Shown in pieces: positions 58,746 to 64,000 of a stretch of DNA of 64,000 bases. A program made the position numbers and the translations under genes. The stretch comes from the human T2T-CHM13v2.0 reference genome, Homo sapiens, in NCBI RefSeq assembly GCF_009914755.1, contig NC_060929.1; one strand, written 5' to 3'. Every line of letters starts with the position of its first letter. The stretch's first letter is position 1. The notes below the pieces were generated by a model. It had not been told where the DNA came from and did not search any database. It saw only the letters and a list, made by a program, of their open reading frames with translations.

Positions 58746-60809
58746 TACCCAGTGACTGTTTTCCTGAGTGCTTTCCAGGGTGGTGGCCAGGCAGAGGTGT
58801 GGTCGAGTCGGGAGGTGGGATGGTTCCAGCCTCAGGGGCCTGGCTTCTTCTTCCTTCCTGGAGGGACAAAATGGTCATCTTCCTCCTGCTGTAGTGTTTT
58901 CCCCTGCGTTTTGTTCCTTCTGCTATGTGTGGATGTGTTGGGATAAGATAGGGCAAGATGAGCACCGGGAAAGGGGGCTGGCAAGAGGAAGGGAACCCTG
59001 TCTGTTCTCTTCCCCTTCCCAGTGATGCTGCCTCTGGAGAAGGTGAGGAAAACTCGCACCCAACAGGCTGCAGGCTCCTGGGGCCAGAGCTTTCTGCTTT
59101 TTCCAGACTCCATATGACTGATGTGAAAACGTTGAGTTTCCTGAGCCTGCTTGCCCTCTGGGTAGTCTAACTGCTCTGATAATAAAATAAGTGTAGAGGC
59201 ACTGAAGTAAAGAATTTGCAATAAAAAAGAAAATGAAAAATGGAAGCCATAAGAGAAATGAGTATTGGATCAAGTGTGAAGAATGGGAAATGTCAAGGCA
59301 CTTGATAATTTTTCTGCTAACAAACAGACATTGTGAAGGTGGAAGTTTCCATGGTTTTCCTTCCCTGCGTTTTCTTTTGCTATTGTCATGAGATCTAGGG
59401 GCATGAGGGATTTGTCATTTGAGTGTTACATTGCAACAAAAAGCAAGGCAGAAGTACAGAATCCACTTAAATGAGAGTATGAACACAATAGGAGGTTTTG
59501 CTACCTGGAATTAGATGTTGAATTGCTGCTCTCTAAACTTTATTTTCTATATAAAAAGCTTTAAATACAATCATTTAATTATTCATTTAAAGTTTATATT
59601 AACAACATTTAGTGTGCACCTGCTATATGTAAAGTATCCCACTAGGTACTATTCATCAAATTAAAGCCAGCTATTTAGTTATGAAAATAAACCATGGCCC
59701 ACATACCCTGTGAAGCCCTGTTAAAAGCAGGCAACATGCCCAAGAAAATATGTTTCCTTTGAATTTCACAGAAATCTTAGTTTGAGGAAGAAAAATCAAG
59801 AGTTTTTGTTATAAGCCACTATGTGTATGCTCTGAAACAGTTAATGTAGAGAACAGAGGTAGTGGCCATAACTGAAATAAGGAGATAGTGAGTGAGTGTG
59901 TGTGTGACCTAATTCAAGTTTGGTGGTCCAAGTGGTATTTTTCTTGGCCTGTAAAAACTACAGGTATTTGCAAAACTGTTCTAAATAGTAATGTAATAGA
60001 AGTTTTTTAAAAATTGAGTTAGTGCATATGTTTGGACTCAATTTCTCCCTCTTTTGGTTACTATATATGGTTCTAATTTCCAGCTGTGCAGTTACTATTG
60101 TAAATTCTCAACATTAAAAAAATTTTCAGATACAAATTATTTTTATTGATACATACTTTTTACATATTTAAGGGGTACATGTGAATTCTCAACAATTAAT
60201 ATTAAATAAAAGGAGAAGAATTCTGTTCTATCCCAGATTAGAAATACCTTAGAATTTCTATTTGTGTCTATTTCCCTCCATTCCATTATTTTCTTCCTCT
60301 TCATACCACATTTATATACGTCTTACCATTTATTTATATTTATTTAATACTTTACTTCAGGAAACTTAGTATTGTTCTGGAATCAGAAAGCCCTTCTAGC
60401 TAGTCTGTCTTGCCAGGTCTTTCCGATTCTTCTCCCTCAAGAAGCAAGTGGTGGTGACCACGTCGACATAAGAGATTTCCCGTCTGACTCCTCCCACCAT
60501 CTGTGTAGGTCACAGAACCTCACGCCAACTGGCTCTCTTCAGACTGTGGTCAACTGGAAAATCGAGTCAGATTTCAGAAGGGTGGGAAAATGAACCTAGA
60601 AAGTCTAATGTGGAGAAAGCCTTAAAATATATCCTTCATGTTCCACAATAGTGATTATTATCTTTGGCGATACTGCAACATAAATAGGTATTCTTGGCTA
60701 GTTCATCTCTGGCGGCACCATCTTGGCATTTACACTCTACAGAAAAGGTACCTGAGGAGAAAGATGGTCCAAGTTACTTGCCACAGATCACACAGATTAA
60801 CAGCAGCAC

Positions 60810-61420
60810 AGTCTGGGTGTATATGTGTAATATATATCTTTTTATTATTTTTATATACAAGTAATGGTTGTTTCTTGTAGAAAAGTTAAAACAATGAAGA
60901 TGAGCAGGAAGAAAAAAATACCATCCAAACACCCAGCAAATAACCATACTAATGTAGACATATTTTCTTCTAATCTTCTAGGTATGTATGTATACATATA
61001 TGTACATATATATACACATGCACACTTTTTTCTAAACCCATATTGACCTATAACCTCCTTTTTTTTTTACTTAACAAAATACTGGGAATGTCTTTTTGTG
61101 TTTTTAATATTCAGCTATTCCATAGTATTCCATTTTATAATTATACTGTAATTTAAGTAGCCAGCCCTCTCCTTTTGGACATATATGTTGTGCCAAGTGT
61201 TGATTACAATAAGTATTTCTGAAATGAACATTCTCACCCATACATCTTGGTGCTGCTTTTTTTTTTTTTTCTATAACCCAGGACAGTGCTGAAGTGCTTC
61301 TTTTCTTTAATTTCCTCAGTTTTAGTTCCTAGAAGTGGCAATGCTGGGCTGTTGGGTTTACACATGTTTAAGGTTCTGATGCATGTGACTAAATTACCCT
61401 CCAGAAAAGTTCTGCTTTAA
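60810..61420 (-). mobile_element. Old L1M 3' fragment
   Basis: 'atagtattccatt', 'atgaacattctcacccatacatcttgg', 'ttcctagaagtggcaatgctggg', antisense L1. Confidence 0.6.
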
Positions 61421-61568
61421 GTTCTACTTAACGCTTTCCCACCCTGGGACAGCTGAAGACTGGCCAGAGCTTTGCAGCTGCAATGATGTGTTTACCACCT
61501 CCCTTATCCAGCAACATTTGCAATTAGCCTCCGACCTTGTTCCTGGGATTGTTTCCGGTGAAAATTAG

Positions 61569-61684
61569 CCATGCCTGGCTAATTTTTGTATTTTTAGTAG
61601 AGACAGGGTTTCACCTTATTGGTCAGGCTGGTCTTGAACTCCTGACCTCGTGATCTGCCCACCTCGGCCTCCCAAAGTGCTGGG
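61569..61684 (-). repeat. 116-bp internal Alu segment resembling 62324-62439
   Basis: 111/116 identical by eye; no tail or TSD. Confidence 0.8.
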
Positions 61685-61961
61685 TTTGGGAATGGTACCT
61701 GTGGATGCACCTAGAGGTGTGTTTAGACACTAGCTGAAATCACTTTGGTCTTTCTAGCAAACCTTAGCCAATGGGCTCCACTCACAAAGGGTCAGCTTCC
61801 AAGAGCAGATTTTAGCTCAGGGCCTCTTATGTTCAGGACAATAATGGAGTAAAAAAACAAGGCTGAAAACCAGAAGATATGTGGGCTTAAGCAGATATGT
61901 GAATAGCTACCCACATAGGAAAAACAAAACAAAACAAAACAAAAACAAAAACAGAAAATAA

Positions 61962-62614
<653 letters not shown>

Positions 62615-62888
62615 AATACCTCTTATTATCTAACTGAGCATTGTTAAATTCAGGGATGGGTTGCTGAGGGACGATATGACAGATTACACTCGATTTGATG
62701 TGTGCTGACTAAGGCCTGTGCATGCCTAGCATTGCTTTAGTCATGGAATGAATCACACTCAGGTTCAGATTCTAGTCCTGCCACTTCCTATGTCCTTGAG
62801 CAAGTGCCTTCATTTATCTGAGACTCACTTTCCTTGTCCATAGTTATTCCAATTGCATTTGGTTGCAGTGAGTAGAAATTAAGTATTT

Positions 62889-63195
<307 letters not shown>

Positions 63196-63553
63196 TCAAG
63201 TATTTAAAGCACCTAAGGACAGCCCCCAGCCCCATGGTAGTGCTCAGCAAGTGTTTGGTGAATGAATGGATTCATGCTCTACGCTTATATAGAGTTTACT
63301 TTGCTTTCAGATTGGGTTCTGCTTGCTCATTGTACTTATCACTATATGAGAATTGTATTGTTTATTTTCAAATTTGCCACATATTGTCTGTTTCTCCATC
63401 AACACAAAACATTCTCAGGAGAAGAGTTGGTTCCCAGTGCCTGAAAACAGTGCCTAGCACACAGAAGATGGTGAATCAATATTTGTGGTTATTTCTCACT
63501 CACATTCCGTCCAGCAACCCAGTCTTGTTACCAGGAGGCTGTTCAGCACAGGA

Positions 63554-63619
63554 CACTTATCACACCATTTGTTGACCCTCCACTTCCCCCTCTGCCACTT
63601 ATCACACCATTGGTTGACC
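63554..63619 (+). repeat. 24-bp direct repeat (63554-63577, 63596-63619) in the exon 3 branch-point region
   Basis: CACTTATCACACCATT(T/G)GTTGACC twice, 1 mismatch. Confidence 0.93.
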
Positions 63620-63634
63620 TGTGCTTGCTTCCAG

Positions 63635-63882
63635 CCATCCTCCGTTACCTGAAGAACGATGGGAAGGTGCATTTGGTGGTTTTCAACAACCTGCAGCTGG
63701 CAGACGGAAGGCGGCACAGGATCCTCCTGAGGCTGAGCAATTTGCAGCGAGGGGCCGGCTCCCTAGAGCTCTACCTGGACTGCATCCAGGTGGATTCCGT
63801 TCACAATCTCCCCAGGGCCTTTGCTGGCCCCTCCCAGAAACCTGAGACCATTGAATTGAGGACTTTCCAGAGGAAGCCACAG
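63635..63882 (+). CDS. THBS4: Thrombospondin-4 coding exon 3; the gene continues beyond the window
   Basis: ttccag|; (A)[82 protein letters not shown]; CAG|gtagga; 248 nt. Exons 1-3 total 540 nt (180 codons). Confidence 0.97.
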
Positions 63883-64000
63883 GTAGGAACCCACAAACCA
63901 TTCTCTGAAGTGGAAAAATGAGCTGCCAGTGCCTAGGGAGTGCAGAGGAGCGTGCTGAGAAATTCCTGCTGCAGGTCAGTGGGTCTAATGCCGCTTGCAC

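Noticed and set aside
63883-64000. ORF read-through past the exon 3 donor and an antisense 105-aa ORF
   Set aside because: Intronic continuation and antisense shadow of the THBS4 exon.

Overview
This is primate (very probably human) genomic DNA, about half of it interspersed repeats. It contains the 5' end of thrombospondin-4 (THBS4) on the + strand: a CpG-island promoter at about 42.95-43.56 kb and coding exons 1-3 (43388-43475, 47927-48130, 63635-63882). The exons splice with GT/AG boundaries and matching phases into the first 180 aa, which cover the signal peptide and the N-terminal LamG/TSPN domain. Upstream are two processed pseudogenes: RBX1 (+, about 27.45 kb) and a 5'-truncated TRMT112 (-, about 41 kb). 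There are also many Alu, L1, L2, MIR, L3/CR1, MaLR/ERVL/ERV1 LTR and hAT relics. Almost all other ORFs in the track come from Alus, LTRs or GC richness. I found no prokaryotic system, CRISPR array or RNA gene, and no new gene or system. The most notable unexplained structures are: (i) tail-less internal Alu fragments that look like locally templated repair insertions, two with fold-back junctions; (ii) an RBX1 retrocopy that appears to extend about 1.8 kb and to carry older repeats into an L1; (iii) a candidate LTR-derived upstream exon and an internal Met92 start that could give signal-peptide-less THBS4; (iv) a duplicated branch-point segment before exon 3; and (v) a TRMT112 retrocopy inserted into a hairpin. 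Repeat subfamily names and parent-gene matches were assigned by eye from remembered consensus sequences, and repeat boundaries are approximate.
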